64,000 nucleotides of DNA from Geosiphon pyriformis uo1. Taxonomy: Eukaryota > Fungi > Glomeromycota. Within the stretch, counting starts at the first letter, position 1. Each line of letters begins with the position of its first letter. Positions 10,596 through 22,655 of this stretch are shown here, piece after piece. The notes beneath the pieces are model-generated. The model saw nothing but the letters and a program-made list of their open reading frames with translations. It made no database searches and was not told the origin of the DNA. A program made the translations under genes and the position numbers. Location of the stretch: assembly GCA_016748015.1 (NCBI GenBank), contig JAAOMT010000742.1:103543-167542 (forward strand), in the 5' to 3' direction.

Positions 10596-11460
10596 TGTTA
10601 CAGATAATTCTTTGGAGTGTTGAGTAAATAACAAACCCATAACTTGGTGCTCAAAGTGATTAGTGCGGATGATAATCTGAAGGTATTTTATTTGAAGGTT
10701 TTCCAATCAAGTTCTTTGTATAATGGACAGAAATTCAATGATAACAGTTTATTAGTAGTTTTCTGAAACTGTTGTTTTGTCAATTGCTTGTTCAACTTGA
10801 TGGTTAATAATTCTCCTGGTACAATATCCTCCATAAGTGTATACTAATGCTGTTTTCTAATGTCAGTTCTTCCGTAAGTCCTCCAAGAGTAAGTATTGTT
10901 TAAGCAAGTTTATTTTTCCATAAGTCCTCCAAGAGTAAATCCTTTAATCAAGTTAGTAGACAACAAAGAAAATAAAGAAAAGATAAAAGAGAAAATAAGA
11001 AATAAGCCAAGGTAATTTGCAAGTTAGTATCCTGTCAATAGCTGTGATCAAGAGCTATTGTTCCAGTATGGTTAAGTATCAGTTACTATCAACATGAAGT
11101 ATTGATAATGAAGAATGAATTTGATCTAGTGAATAATTATTTATTTAAGGATTGTGGTAACTAAGCTAAGGATTCTTGGTGTTGATTTTGTCTTTTTTGC
11201 TTCTAATGCTACTGCTATATATACATATTTGAGATTTCTCAATTCTTCAATTCCTTGTAACAGGAATCCTGGAATTCCTAGAATCCTGCGATTTCTGATG
11301 AGAGGAATCCTGCAATTCTTCATTGGAAAATCCTAAAATTTTTAGAATCCTGCAATTCCTCTGAGAGGAATCCTGGAATTCCATATTTACTACGTCTACT
11401 TCTGATTGGCTAATCTCTACTTGCTAATAATAATATATTTCTTCTATTCTATGAGTAACA
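10596..11460 (-). repeat. 5' LTR of element B (865 bp)
   Basis: Direct repeat of 1169-2049 with TG...CA termini; adjacent to the PBS. Confidence 0.95.
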
Positions 11461-11670
11461 CTGGCCACTATACTGAGAAAGAAATTTGATGGAATTGTGA
11501 TTTTGGAAGGCTACTGAAACAACTATTAAATCTCTGTCTATTATACAAAAAACTCCATAACAAAACCTTTAGATCAACAAAACTTTCAGATATTAATGCC
11601 AAAATATCAATTAAGCATCAAGTTACGAGTTTGTTATTTGATTTGAGACCCCAAATAATCATTTGTAATA

Positions 11671-13240
11671 TTACCACAGCACATGCCTATTAATAATAAT
11701 TTCTTGCCATAATCAACATATACCAGTTTCAGTTTGTAATAGTTAGATGGTGGTGGTAAAGTATAAGTATATAAAATATAAGTGGTAATAGAAGTTGGTG
11801 CTGGCTTTTTTTTTTTCTCTTTTTCCTTTTTCTTGTTATTTTTTTTTCATTTCCAAGTTGGCATTAGCTTGGTACTATTGTCATTAGTCCATCATATTTG
11901 GTCAGTATTTTCAGTAAGTTTCTCTTTTTTTTCCCTTTCTATTGTTGTCCTAGGATAGTATTGGTAGTAATTTGTTGTAATCAGTGTTGGCTCACAAGAC
12001 TTGGTAGGCTTCTCAGATAGGTTTTTTTTTTCTTCTTCGAATTCTATTAGTGGTATGAGTGTTGTGTTTGTTCAAAAGTGGCCACACATGACTGGTACAC
12101 ATGTATGCTGACCGTTTATACTGAGTTGGAGCTCTTGTGTGGTCCAATCAAGCATGACATTGGTTTTGGATAATCAATTGTTGCCAACTAGTGCCTGGTA
12201 TTACATTACTTCTATTACTAAGACTTTGATAGGAGCAATTATGTCATTAATTTTAATGAGTAAGTTATCTATTTTACCAATTAGGATTTTGGTGGCTTTA
12301 TTAGCTGTAATTATTCTTGTACTGGTAGCTCAATCAACTTAGTAATCTAATTGGTTCATAAGTTGTTGTGTAATAATGCTGTTTGCTAAACTACTATCTA
12401 AGATCAATTTTATGGTCTGACCATCAACTTTAGCATCAATGTACATGACAGTAATGGATTTTTTTTTAAGCATGACTCTATTGAACAATAGTGTTTGTGA
12501 TGGTTCTTCGAATTCAAATAAGAAAATTGCTACTAGCAATTCATTATCAGTTATAATAGCTGGAGATATGTTGCTGATAAGTAATTTGTTTTGGTTGGAT
12601 TCTTGATTGTTAGATGAGGTGTCTTCTAAGGTAATCAAAAGACTTAAATAGTGTTGAGAATTCAGGTTTTGGGCATATCTAGTCTCCAAATTCCAAGAGT
12701 GTATTCCTGATTGTTGAGTAGAAAAACTGAGAATTAGTTAATGGACAACTATTGCCAATTTCCAGTTTTGTTGTATCATTTTTGGCCTTTGTGTTCTGAT
12801 TTGTAGTAAGTTTTGTAGTGGTGTTTGAACTTGTTGAGACTAGTATATTACTTGTGGCTATGGCTGATAAATAATGAGGTTTGTTAGCTGATAAATTAGA
12901 GCTTGATATATTGGTGGTTGATAAATTGGCTATTGCATTATTTGGATGTAATAAGATAAATATTAATCCTGATTTGGGTATTAATTTGAAGTTTGCAATC
13001 TGCAATCAAAGTTTCAATATTAATTTTCTGAATATAAGTTTTTATTATAAGAATAGCAGTCAATTCTCAAATAATCTTGTCTACCACAATTGTGGTAGCT
13101 ATATGTTTCTTGCTGCCATGACTGATTGGATAATAATGAAAAACACACCTAATTTTAGGAGTGATTCACATTTCCAGAATTATTGCGTTGTTGAAGTGGC
13201 TAATAAATTGCATAATTGTTAGCTAAGTATCCTTCTAATT
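11671..13240 (-). mobile_element. Fragment of a third related Gypsy copy (element C: gag knuckle and protease), truncated by element A
   Basis: YHNCGRQDYLRIDC (knuckle) and YIDAKVDGQTIKLILDSSLANSII (protease). Colinear with ~7200-8920 of element B and begins exactly at the end of the A LTR. Confidence 0.88.
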
Positions 13241-16200
13241 AGTAAACAGCAATTCAAATATGGATTTGATAATTCAAATATTCGAAATTAGAAAACTGTT
13301 GTTTAAAAATTAAAAATATAAAAGCTAATTAATGATGTTGTTTTTTCTTTAAAAAAGTATATAGTATAAATTATATAGATTTCAACTAAATATTTATTTA
13401 AAAACCAGTTTTAAAAGTTTTGAAATTGTTTACTAAATTAATTTTGAACAAAAAAGCAAATCAAACAAGAAAACAAGAGATTAAGTTCAATAAAGTTTAG
13501 ATTTGTTATAAGCTTTAAAGTATTTTTTTGATTGTTGTGATAAATATAAATAATTACTTATACAATAAGAAACAAAATAAAATTTTACAATTTTACAAAA
13601 AACATTACTTTTATGTTATAGGTTGAAATAACAAGCTAACAAATAGCAAAGTAAAACAAAATTATATAATAATAAAAACAATTAAAGAGAAATTCAATTT
13701 TAAGAAATAAATTGAATTGGTATAGATTCAATATATAATATTAGTTTTATAAATATCTTAGTTACTATTTTTTCTAAATAATAACAAAAAAATTAAAATC
13801 TAGAAAAATAGTTTGTACTGTTAACAAAAAATAATACACTAATATAATTTTATATCTTATATTAACATTTTTAGAATTCAATATCAGATATTAATTGTAC
13901 TTTTTAGTAATATTATTTAATAATTTTAAAACTAATAATTACAAATAAATACCAACAAGTAATTTTTATTACAAAAATGTTCAAATACTTAAAAGAAATT
14001 AAGAAAGAAAAATAAGCAAATAGAAAAAAATTAAATATTTTAGAAGTAATTTTTATTACTTTGATTTGTATATATTTTGTATGTTTGAACATGCTCTTTT
14101 AAAATTAAGAAATATATTACTTATATATAGTTATTCAAAATAGTTAATAATTAAGTTATTAATTAAATTAATAATTAAAGTAATAGTTAAGTCAATGATC
14201 AGATTATTAATCAAGTCATTGATTACTTTTTAAAAATAAAGTGACTAATTATTTGATATTAATAACTAATACATGTGGTAATTAATAAAAATAATGGCTT
14301 TTAAATATCATATTATAATAATATTACTTATTATTAAGTATAAAAAAATATAATAAAATCTATATAAAAATTAAATATTAGCTAATTTTTAAATTTGTTA
14401 CTAAAAAATAATTTTTTAAAATATTATTAATTAAACACAACAAAGCTATTTTATTTAAATTATTATTTTGTTATTTAATTTTTTGTTGTTTAATATCTAA
14501 TTATTTATATTCATTTATTATTATTATTGAAAATTATAAATTTACTAAATTGCAATTAATATAATATTTGATTACTAGTTAATTATAATTTCAAATTATA
14601 TGAATATAATTATTAATAATTTATGTAATTTTTTATAAAGTTAAGTAAATTTTTCATAATTAAAATAAAGCTTAGAATAATATTATTCGAAATTTGATAA
14701 AAGTTTTTTTTTGATATAAATTAGCAATATAAGATTCAATTAGTTATTACATTTTATCAAAAAAAATAATAATTTCAACCTATAAACTTTTTTGAATTAA
14801 ACTTTAATTATTAACAAACTTGAAAATTTTATTTTCTGCCAAGTAAAAATATTAAATATCAACAAATTTGTTAAGAAAATTATTGTCTAAAAATAATTCT
14901 ATTAAGAAGGCTTTTAAAATTAAAAAATCAAATAAATTAAAAAATCAAATAAATTTAAAACAGAAAAGTTAGAAAATATATATAAAATTTAATAAACTTT
15001 AGGATAAGACCAGATATTGATGTTAATAACATAAACTCTATAATTCCAAATCAAAGATTTTTTGTAACATCGTTTTTCATAGTTATTTTAAAAAAATTTA
15101 AATATTAATAAATATAATTGTATAAAAGTCATTTGTTACATTACAATGTTTCGAGTAAAACTGGTTTTGGATTGGCAATGTATTTTGCCTTTAAGAAATT
15201 CTGAATTTACCAAATTTTAAATTTTTCAATTAAATTAAATATATAAATAAAAACCAAAATTTAAATTGTATCGGGTATTGTATCAGCTTTAGTAATTGAA
15301 TTTTACAATTTAATTATTATTTGTCATGTTTTTACTATTTTTATTATTTTAATATTATCTTTCATTATTTCACCTAAATTATTAAAAAATGGATCTAAAT
15401 TTAATTGTGAAACCATTTTTTTAGTAACTATTATATTTCTATAATATTATCACTTGAATTGATTTCAAAAAAAATTATCACGATTCAGGATAATTATTTT
15501 TTTGCTTTGGCATATTAATAGCAATGAGTTTGTGCATATTTTTGATTTTGCATAAGTTGAATTTTATATATAAGTAGTTAAGCCTATATACAATCACATT
15601 TATTTGTATAAATATAATATGAAAATAGCCTAAAAACAAGTGAAACCAAGTAAATATTTTAAAAATTTTTGGTTTGTGTTTAAAATAATTTTATTTAATG
15701 CATTAATCTGTATTTCTTTATATTTAATTTGTTCATAAATCCGAAAATTTTGTCTTTGTCAATAAAAAATTACTAAAAATTCACTGTTTAACACAAATCA
15801 GAAATATTTATTTATTTTTATTCAAGTTTTTTATTTTATAGTTAGGTGTAAACACAAATTTAGTATAATTCTAATTAACAACAAAAAATATAGTAATTAT
15901 TCAAAAATAATTTATTAATTGCTGTTTTATATTAAACAATACAATAAAACAAATAAAAAATATAAATAATTCTAATTTTAATATTTTAATCGTTTTTTAA
16001 TAAATCTAATGCAAATATTAAAAAATACAATAAAACTATTATGTTAAAAATGTAAATATAGAATCATAATTCAATTGTTTATTTTTATTAATTATTGAAT
16101 TATATTGAATTATATGTATTTACTATTCTATTTTTAAAATTAATTATTAATGTAATTATTGATCTTGTTCTTAGCTTGGTTATTTAATTGATTATTGACT

Positions 16201-17560
16201 TATTTATTAGAAAATATATAAATAAAACTTTGTACATTTATAAAAAGTATATTAATTATAAAATCAATTTTTTTAATACAATGATAATAATTATTAAAAA
16301 GTATAAACTATATTTCTTATTGAATTTTAAAGCACTAATTAAGACATAAAATTATATAAATTGTATTATTTTTGTTAATAATATAATTATATTAATAATT
16401 CAGTCAAAAATCAAGTCATTAATCATATTAATAATTAATTCTAAAATTAGAATGGCTAATATAAATAACATCAATAATTAATATATGTAACTAAATATAA
16501 TTAAATAATTAAATAAACAAAGGTTATTACTGTAATATTATAACAGCTTTAATAAATTTAATAACTAAAAAAAAATTATAACAACAATTATATATAAAAT
16601 AAAAACAAAAAACCACGGTAATTATGCAAACAATAACAATAATTAAAGTTAAAATTATTATCAAAAACAATCAAACAAAAACAAATTTGTTTGCTGGCAC
16701 TATATAATTAACACAAATTATAGTCAAAAAATGATTTATTAATTTTATTAACCAATATAAATTTAAATTTTTTGTAATACTACATTAAATTTACAATTCA
16801 TAAATATTAGAACTTTTTCAAATTTTGAAACAAGGATATTTATTTTATTTATAATTTAATTTAGATAGATATTAATAAATTTGTTAATAAAAAATTAAAT
16901 TACATACATAATAGTATTCTTTATTAATATTTCTTTTATAAATACAATAATTAAATATATGACATTAATAATAATAATAATAATATTTAATAAAAATATG
17001 ATTAATTAGTAATACAAATACTTAAATTTTTAATAATTCAAATTTTACTTGTAATTAAAAAAACAAAATAATTTATTGGCTCAATACTTAAATCTTAAAA
17101 TCAATAAAAAAGCAGTTCTAATAATTAATATTTATATACTTAGTTTTTTTTTAATTGATAACTATAAACTCATGAAGAATTTAGGATTAGATTATGATAA
17201 TGCCAATTTACTAAAAAATTACTAGATCCAAAAATCAGAAAAAATACTTTCAGCAGAATTATAGGCTACAAAATCAATTGATAACATGTGCCATAATATA
17301 ATTTATGGATTTTCTTTTTTTTTCATGTTTTAATTAAATTTTTCGAAAATGAAATAATATTTTAAGTAGGTTTTAAAATAAATGAAAATATTGGAATCAA
17401 TTTACTAGTTTCAATTTGTAGAATTTGAAATTTAAAATAAGTAATTTTTCTCAAACATAAATAAATAAAAAACTATAATTATAATAATAATAATAATTTT
17501 AATAGTTTTCAATAAAAATTAAATTAAAAATATATATGTAAAATATTAAACTTGAATTTG
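13240..17560. other. Extremely AT-rich, ORF-free tract (probable decayed transposon DNA)
   Basis: No ORF >=60 aa in 4.3 kb; GC roughly 15% by eye; CpG nearly absent; adjoins the TE nest. Confidence 0.7.
13818..16381. mobile_element. Probable relic TIR DNA transposon (Tc1/mariner-like), ~95-bp TIRs with TA flanks
   Basis: 13818-13910 (TA|CTGTTAACAAAAAATAATACACTAATATAATTTTATATCTTA...GTACTTTTTAGTAA) aligns with the reverse complement of 16291-16381 (TA|TTATTAACAAAAATAATACAATTTATATAATTTTATGTCTTA...ATACTTTTTAATAA). No readable transposase. Confidence 0.45.
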
Positions 17561-18789
17561 TATCACATTGGATTGGTCTCAAGCCTTCGAATTTGAGAAA
17601 TCCAGTCTAACTATGAAAAAGAATCAAAAAACGTGGTAAATGTGCCTGAATTAAGGGAAATTTTAAGAAGAATTAGAAATTAGAAATTCTCAAAGCATGT
17701 GTTCTTTTTAGAATTATATATTTTTTTTTACCGCTCCGTCTTGTACACAAGTAACGCGCCATTTGATAAAAATCGAACAGCGTCTTTCAGATAAAAAGAC
17801 GTCGATCAAAAACATGACTTTTAAATTATAAGTATAGTTTTTGGAGTCATTGCGGCAGTATAAGGAGGAAGTGTTGGCATGTTCTGCAAACCATAAGCGC
17901 TTTCCTAAGAAATATCCTTAGGGTTAATTTAACTGAGTTAAAAACGAGGCTAATTAAAAAAACTCCAATCTAGACTTTCTTCCGCAGTGTGACTTTGAAA
18001 TCAAATTGCCGTTTTATGAGATACCACGCAATCTGCAAAATGGATCCGACCTTGTAGGATTACATTTAAATATTGTTCTGTGAAACAGTTGAGTTAAATT
18101 TCCTGAATTGTTGATTTTGGATGTATTATATCTTAACCTCAAGGTTTCAGGCATTTTTATTCTCGAAATAGAATATATATTATGATTAGGGAGACTTTCC
18201 TGGAATTTTTTTGTCACGAATTTATTTTTGCAGGATTACGCAAATAGCACTAAAAAGGTCTTTAGTTATCATGAAAGTATGCTATTGACTATAAAAGCTG
18301 ATCATAGAATTATAATTTCCTTTCTCGTTGACAAACACATGTCTTTTTGAAGTTGTCATTTAACTTTTTTCTTCTCTGTAAGACAAATTTTATATTCAGG
18401 GAGATTTATGGCATGATCATTATTAATGTATTTACAAGCTCAATAATCTTAAGACTTATTAATATTAATCAGCGAGAAATCCTAACGAAATACCATGCCA
18501 CATAGTATATTCCACGTCGAAATTTGACATTTTCCCAATGAATAAGTTCAAACCAATTCAATTTATCGGAGGGTTTTAAATTTTATTGAAATGGAATGAA
18601 ACGTAATTAGATTAGTAAAAGCAATTCAATGGCCCCACTAAAGAAAATATATGAAATAGAGGAGTGAAACTAATGAGTTAAAGCAAGGAAAAGGACGGTT
18701 TTGATACATGGTATTTGATGATTACAATCAAAAAAATTTATTGAAAGAGAGGAAGCGATGGTGATGCTCTCAAAATAAAATTAAAGCTT

Positions 18790-20406
18790 TTAATATTCAG
18801 TGTCAAGATTTTCAGGTGAATCAAAAAGCCCGAAGTATTCAACAAATTCAAGTTCAGGATATTTGTTCGTGGGAAACCTCTTTTCCTCACCAAGCCAGTC
18901 ATAAATGTGATCACGGACTCCAACCTTTTTTATCATTTGCTTTTCTTTAGCACAAAGTGAAAGACTCTTAATGTGTTGATTGGTCACTTCGGCGTGAAGA
19001 GCAAAATATCGAATCGGCTTCTTAAGGTATCGAAGAAGGCTTTCTAAAGACACGACTGAGAGAGTACGGTTTCGAATACCCAAATACCAGACCATATTTG
19101 GGAGATTGATAGCTATTTTCTTGTATTCTCGAAAGTCTGAAACATTTTGTGTGAGAAATTGTAATCGTTTAAGGCGTTTAAATGATGGCAAACTGGTGAT
19201 AAATTCTTTTATATTGTCGGGTTCAACCCTAACAGCAAGAGATCGTAGATTTGGACAATGTTGACTTAGCAATTCAAAGCAACCTGATTTCGTAGGATCA
19301 AGAGCGAGATATTGCAAAAATTCAGCAGAAATTTCAATGATCCTCTGCGGAAGGTCAATCCTTTCATTTGGATAATCACAAAAGAATTTTTTTAGACGAA
19401 TATTGGATTTGAACAAGGGTTCCCAGAAATTGTCGGAAATGTCATTGCTATTGTTGCAGTGATTAGGGGCACAAATGATTAAGGTTTTCAGATTAATAAA
19501 TTTTGCCAATACTTCGACATCCAACGCTGAAACTTGTAAGTTTGTGCAGGCGAAGTAATGTAAATTCTGGGCCTGGAGAACGAGTTTAGGAAATACGTCT
19601 TCTCGATGTTCTTCTTTTAACCCATATAGACTAATATATTCCAGGTTTTCTTGCACCGAGACGAGATTTATTGCATGTTTAGCAACATGAAACCATCCGA
19701 AGTCAATTTCCAATGATCTAATTTTCGTACATTCACTTTGCATCAAATCCAAAAGATCCTTAATATTGCTTTTGTCGATATCTGTGTAATGAGTGAATTC
19801 ATCTTCGTATAACTCCAATTTGAATTTTTTTAAGGAGGAGATAGTCTTTGCCACACCTGCGAATTGAACAAAAGGAACCATTTCATCTGTACCTTCTGCC
19901 TCGATCAGTGACAAACTTTCAAGCCCTCCACTTGTATGCTGAAACATGACTTGACAAAGCAGCTCAGCCAGGCTGAGACACTGTGTTGGGGAATATGGTG
20001 GAAGCTGTCTTATTTCCAACCAACTACTCACAACATCGTAAAATTCTCGATATTCTAAGTGTTTAATAAACGCAGGATATTCAAATAATGGTATTGGTAC
20101 AATTAGTAGCTCTAATTCCCATAGAACCAAAATGTTTTTGTCATCTTCGTCAAGAAAGCATATGAATGTATCAATGATCCGACATTCATGAAGATGATTT
20201 TCATGACATTTGAATGGATTGCCCCATAGCACCGGTACGGCCTGTTTAGCCCAATCTCGACAAACCAAGATGCAAGAAAATAATGTAACTGTGTCACTCT
20301 CCAGAAATTTAAAGATTTGCTGAAGAGTTTCGGGTGGGAAATTCATACGTTCATGAACGTTGGATATTGGGACGAACGAGTCAGATATTTCTTCACATTT
20401 TGCCAT
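18790..20406 (-). CDS. F-box / RNI-like leucine-rich-repeat protein, single exon (ATG at 20406 or 20346)
   Basis: F-box-like FPPETLQQIFKFL...LFSCILVCRDWAKQAVPVLWGNPF, then LFEYPAFIKHL and LRR-like units (CPNLRSL, FKRLKRL, FINLKTL). This family is typical of Mucoromycota/Glomeromycotina. Confidence 0.88.
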   Translation of the reverse strand: MAKCEEISDSFVPISNVHERMNFPPETLQQIFKFLESDTVTLFSCILVCRDWAKQAVPVLWGNPFKCHENHLHECRIIDTFICFLDEDDKNILVLWELELLIVPIPLFEYPAFIKHLEYREFYDVVSSWLEIRQLPPYSPTQCLSLAELLCQVMFQHTSGGLESLSLIEAEGTDEMVPFVQFAGVAKTISSLKKFKLELYEDEFTHYTDIDKSNIKDLLDLMQSECTKIRSLEIDFGWFHVAKHAINLVSVQENLEYISLYGLKEEHREDVFPKLVLQAQNLHYFACTNLQVSALDVEVLAKFINLKTLIICAPNHCNNSNDISDNFWEPLFKSNIRLKKFFCDYPNERIDLPQRIIEISAEFLQYLALDPTKSGCFELLSQHCPNLRSLAVRVEPDNIKEFITSLPSFKRLKRLQFLTQNVSDFREYKKIAINLPNMVWYLGIRNRTLSVVSLESLLRYLKKPIRYFALHAEVTNQHIKSLSLCAKEKQMIKKVGVRDHIYDWLGEEKRFPTNKYPELEFVEYFGLFDSPENLDTEY

Positions 20407-22655
20407 TATGAACAATGCAGGGTGTGGATGTTTCAAGAGTAGAAAATGCGATCACTAACAGCTAAAATTTGTTGATTTATTAGTCATTTACCTTTTCTGT
20501 ATATGAATAAATTCGACTCAAGAAGTTTGTGTGACTTTGATGATTTCAAATAGGCTTTTTTTAAATAGATGTGTAATAATCTACAGAATAAATTTTTTAT
20601 AAAGTCAAAAGTATTCATACAATAAATCAAGTAATTTTAAAGACAAAAAAGAAGCCCTCTTTCAATTATTATGTTTTTTATTTAGGCGCAAGTTTCAGCG
20701 TAGCAAAATGATAATTTATTGTAGCAAAATAAAACTTATTTTTTTTATTGGGTCTAAGTTTTATTAGAATGAAGATTTTTATCAAAATGAAATTTGATAT
20801 TAGTTTTTAGTAGTAAAAATAGATGTATTAAATTGGTTTTTCACTACAAGTTTGGTATTATTTTAAAATTTAAACAGTAAAGGAAATTTTCTTTAAAACT
20901 AAATCTCGATAAATTCTGAAAATTTTGACAAAAAATATTCACCGAAAAACTTTTCATCTCCAATACTTTTTGATGAATAATTTTTAGAGCAGCTTTGAGT
21001 TTTTTGATTTATATCAAAAGAGCAAGAAAAATTTATTTTAGAATTCAGAGAATAAAACACCTCTTCCTTAGAAGTCCAGGATTTCAACTCATAAAAGTTA
21101 CATATTTAAAGTTAATATATATTTTCAATTTCTTTTCGTAGCTTTAATTAAACAAAAAAGTTTCCAAAAGTATTTGATTCAATATAATCTCGTTCATTAT
21201 ACTTGTATTTAAGAAAAGGGAGAAAAAGATCTTCATAAAATAATTTTTTAATTAAACAGTATTTTTATCTATGAAAGAATTGGAATATAGCAGCTTTTGT
21301 GATCTAACATTCTCATCTTGGACTTGATAAATCTTCACTCTCACAAGTGTCATTTTACAAACTAAAATTTCATTCAATAAACAAGGCTATCTGATAAATC
21401 TGAACTGCATATTTTTAAATGAGTCAATAGATTTTTCTTAAAAATGTGTGGAAATTTTCAATTTAAGCCATCTCTATTGTGCAGAAATAGAATATATATG
21501 GTCTTAACTATGAAATTCTCAGAATTAGAAATCTTCAAGTTTTGACGGTACAAATAACATAATATTTTTTAAAAGTTTAATTTTCATTGAGAAATTGGTT
21601 CGAAACAATGAAAATATATTTCATGCATTTTAAACTTTAGTAAATTTTTATATCTAAAATAGTTATTAGTTCATGAGCTATTATATTTTTGCAATACAGT
21701 GTGTTAGAGAGTAAAAAGTTTCTTAAGCTAGGTTAAAAAAAGAAACGTGGATTGTCTTTTCGTTAGCAAATATAGAAATTTTACAAGAAAGCATAATAGG
21801 TCTTTTTGTACATTATTTATTAATGTAGATTTTATAATTTTAATAGTGGATTACTTTAAAATAATTGGGATTTTGTGCAGTTGACCAGATAATTTGTTTG
21901 AAAAGCTTTGCTCTCTTTAAACCTCCTAATCCAAAAGATTTAGCTTCTTTAGTTTTGTATCAAATTAATAGAGAAATAAATCAATACAATTCTTCCTCTT
22001 CAAATTCTTCAATTTAAAAGTAATCTTTCGAGTGATAAAAACATTGTAATTAAAAAATAACAATTTAGAAAATGAATAATATAACCGACATTTTAAGATC
22101 CTAAAAGCGATGTGAAATTATTAGTAAAGATCCATATTTAGAAAAACCTTCTTTTACTAAAGGTTGAAGCCTAGAAAATCAAACAAGGTTTATTTGATCT
22201 TATGTCATTTCCTAAGTTATAAGCAAATATTAAAATATCTAATTCATAATAAATTATTGATCAATTACCTTTATAGACCATAATTGGTGGAAGAAAAATG
22301 TTTCAATTTCTTTATTCTAGTAAATAATTTGAATGCAAACATTTTTTTTAATAATTTTAGAAATTCTTGATTTTAACTATTCTTTTGAATGTAAGCTAGT
22401 TTTGAGTTTTTATCCATTTCCTAAGAAAGAGCCTTTAATAACGGTATTCAAATTTTGATCTGATCATGAGAATTTTTCATATTCATGTTATTGATAAGTG
22501 GGAATAATTTGAAATGGTCTTTTTTTATGGTTCTAAAACTTTCATTTTTATATTTATCAAAAAAAATAAAAATGGATTGATCCTCAATCAAGATTATCTT
22601 AGAAAGTATATTTTAAAATTGAGATCTAAAATTTTTTCTAGATGAAAGAATATAA

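Larger units (their letters stand above)
1169..11460 (-). mobile_element. Full-length degenerate Ty3/Gypsy LTR retrotransposon (element B, 10.3 kb) carrying a dUTPase
   Basis: Paired LTRs at 1169-2049 and 10596-11460 with TGTTAC...GTAACA termini; CTGG TSD at 1165-1168 and 11461-11464; PBS and PPT present; domain order gag-PR-dUTPase-RT-RH-IN is Gypsy-type. Confidence 0.97.
591..11670 (+). mobile_element. 3' LTR of element A, split into 591-1168 and 11465-11670 by insertion of element B
   Basis: 591 starts TGTTACTCATAGAAT, the reverse complement of the B LTR end. 11465-11670 matches the reverse complement of the B LTR start and ends ATCATTTGTAATA (TGTAACA with a C>T change). Reconstructed length is about 784 bp. 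Confidence 0.85.

Noticed and set aside
2673-13222. Numerous plus-strand hydrophobic ORFs over elements B and C (e.g. 7993-8286, 8408-8806, 12881-13222)
   Set aside because: They are antisense shadows of the A/C-rich gag-pol strand and have no independent motifs.
16680-17240. hAT transposase remnants (FAGTI*L and LLDPKI look-alikes)
   Set aside because: The matches are too short in very AT-rich DNA; no convincing TIRs or 8-bp TSD.
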